The translations under genes were made by a program, and so were the position numbers. Under the pieces are notes generated by a model that was not told the DNA's origin, ran no database searches, and worked only from the letters and a program-made list of their open reading frames with translations. A stretch of 64,000 bases of DNA, taken from positions 84,258,001 through 84,322,000 of the forward strand of contig OZ024743.1 of the NCBI GenBank assembly GCA_964016885.1, written 5' to 3'. This stretch comes from Eledone cirrhosa. Its lineage: Eukaryota. Position 1 is the stretch's first letter. Every line of letters begins with the position of its first letter. Shown one piece after another: positions 61,832 to 64,000 of this stretch.

Positions 61832-64000
61832 CATGTGTAGGATGGAAAACAATGTTTCTATTGGTTTTTCCATTGCTGATACAATCTGCTGATTGCAACT
61901 CCTGGCAGAAGAAAGAAGCTCATCATAAGATCAGACCAGAGAAACAATGTTTCCATTGGACTTCACATTGCCAGCATAGAACCTGATCAAATACTTCAAG
62001 GTATCCTTTCCAATTCTTTTATCAATTCTGATACCAATACCAGCTAGGCTAGGACTGGCCCTGATTCTATGAAACAGACTACTCCTTTTAAAGGGTTCTT
62101 ATTTAAATTAAAATCTTTCAACATTAATTTTCCATAAGAATTACACATTAAGCTACTATCTTAGTAATGAATTAATAATTTTAGTAAATCCCTCAAAATT
62201 ATTCATTAATTAATTGAAAAAAAAAAAGTGTATTTCATTAGAAACACAGTGACATAAGGGTTAAGAATTCCATCCATTCACTGCCTCCTGGACTGGTATT
62301 TTATCAATCCCAAAAGGATCAAAGGTAAAGTGAAGCTCAGCAGGATTTGAACTCAGAAAATAGTAATCCAGAACAAACATCAAGAGACATATTTGTGTAT
62401 ATGTCAACTAGGTTAGAGCAGGTTCTTCAGTCCGGTCAATGACCGACAATCTCCTTAATGCTGGTACCACAATAAAAGCACCCAGTAGACTCTGCAAAGT
62501 GATTGCTGTTAGTAAGGGCATCTAGTCCAAGAAACCATGCACAAAAAGGATTGAGATGACACTTCAGTCACATGACAACCTATGTAGTGCTGGTGCCACA
62601 ATAAAACATACCTAGTTCACTCTGTAAGGTAGTTGGCGATAGAAAGGGCATTCAGCTGTAGAGACCATGCCAAAAAGGGATTGAAAGGACTCTTCAGATG
62701 TGTCAAGGCCACAACAACTATTCTGGTGGTGGTGACACAATAAAATGCACCCAGCACACTCTATTATGGCATCCAGCCATAGAAAACTTGCCAAACAAAG
62801 AATAGAGAGGATTCTTTAGCTGTATCAAAGACATAACTATCTCCATAGTGCTTGTGCCACAATAAAATGCACGGTGTACTCTGTAGAGTGAGAGATTGTA
62901 TATTAGCAATACGCAGCTCCCAGCTCGTCTGAGATATCAATGGCACTGATTAAGTACTGATTTTGTCTGTAACAACCTACCCAACCCTTACTAGCAGGGA
63001 AAACGAACGTTAAATGATGATGATGATGTATAAATATGAAGCATAAATATATAGTTTATATGAACCATTGAGATATGTTTGTGTGTGTGTGTGTGTGTGT
63101 GTATATATGAAGTTTATATGAAGCACTGAGAGATATGAATGCTTTGAGAAAGCTGGTACAAAGCAAATTAAAAATTTGAGAGTGAAAATTATATGAGAAT
63201 AAAGCAAGAAACCCCCAAACAAAACAATAGTTTACAGTTTTACCAAATATTCCACAATATTTCTAGGATAGGGGCTCTTTTTCATCACCCTGTAAGGTGG
63301 TTTGTATAGGAAGGGCATCCAGCTATAGAAACCATGCTAAAAAAGGGTTGAGAGGACTTTTCAGGACTCTACATTACTTTTCATTTGAAAACGACCTCAA
63401 AATATGATGAAATGGTATGGCTTAGTGGTTAGAGCGTTGGGCTTGCAATTGTAAAGTTGTCAGTTTGATTCTCAGACCGGATGATGGGTTGTGTTCTTAA
63501 GACACTTTATTTCATGTTGCTCCAGTTTACCCAGCTGTAGACATGAGTTACAACATCACTGGTGTCAAGCTGTAATGGCCATTGCCTTTCCCTTGGACAA
63601 CATCGGTGGTGTGGAGAGGGGAGACTGGTATGCATGGGCGACTGCTGGTCTTCCACAAACAACCTTGCCCTGACATGCACTTTGGAGGAGAGCTTTCTAG
63701 GTGCAAATCCCATGGTCATTCGTGACCATAGGGGGTCTTAAATAATAGAATAAAAGTGTAAAATCTTGTTTTTTTTTTTTTTTTTTTGCTTTACTGAACT
63801 TGAGTTTTCACTCTTGTATTTCAAATTTGTATAGTACCAACTTCCCCAAAACAATCTTAACCAAACCCAATTTAATAGTGTATTAGCAATGCCCCACATC
63901 CTCAAACAGACTCATAGCAAAGGTGAGTTGTTAGTTACAAAGATTAGAACAAAGATTTTCAGGGCCTTAAATGAGGTGATCAGCAAAACTACATACGATG

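Noticed and set aside
61686-61901. Possible MIB1 exon after the strong acceptor cttctttcttctgccag
   Set aside because: Most of the ORF is hAT MITE sequence. Without the MITE it stops after 24 codons, and I found no convincing in-phase donor.

Overview
AT-rich, repeat-dense metazoan DNA. The SINE, LINE and microsatellite landscape looks like a coleoid cephalopod (Octopus-type); that is an inference. Two convergent spliced genes occupy the window. (1) On the + strand is the 3' part of nucleoporin NUP153: 13 exons from 242 to 23232, with five RanBP2-type zinc fingers each on its own phase-1 exon, an FG domain with an exonic 51-bp repeat, and a basic C-terminus. (2) On the - strand is the 3' part of the E3 ligase mind bomb 1 (MIB1): six exons from 37144 down to 31565, covering the last ankyrin region, three RINGs and the coiled coil. 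Everything above 37145 appears to be one large MIB1 intronic region. I found three frame-preserving candidate cassette or micro-exons in it (18, 15 and 93 nt) that map to the ankyrin-region position where human MIB1 has a short insert. The same region holds a perfect 100-bp-arm nested palindrome and about 13 kb of three abutting satellites. A full-length but frameshifted piggyBac (TTAA, 14-bp TIRs) sits in a NUP153 intron, and six short MITEs with the same ends are scattered through the window. Another MIB1 intron contains tandem copies of the exon's own 3' end and splice donor that also carry DR1 motifs. There are no rRNA, true tRNA or CRISPR features, and the long ORFs over satellites are artefacts. 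All calls were made by eye; no database search was run.
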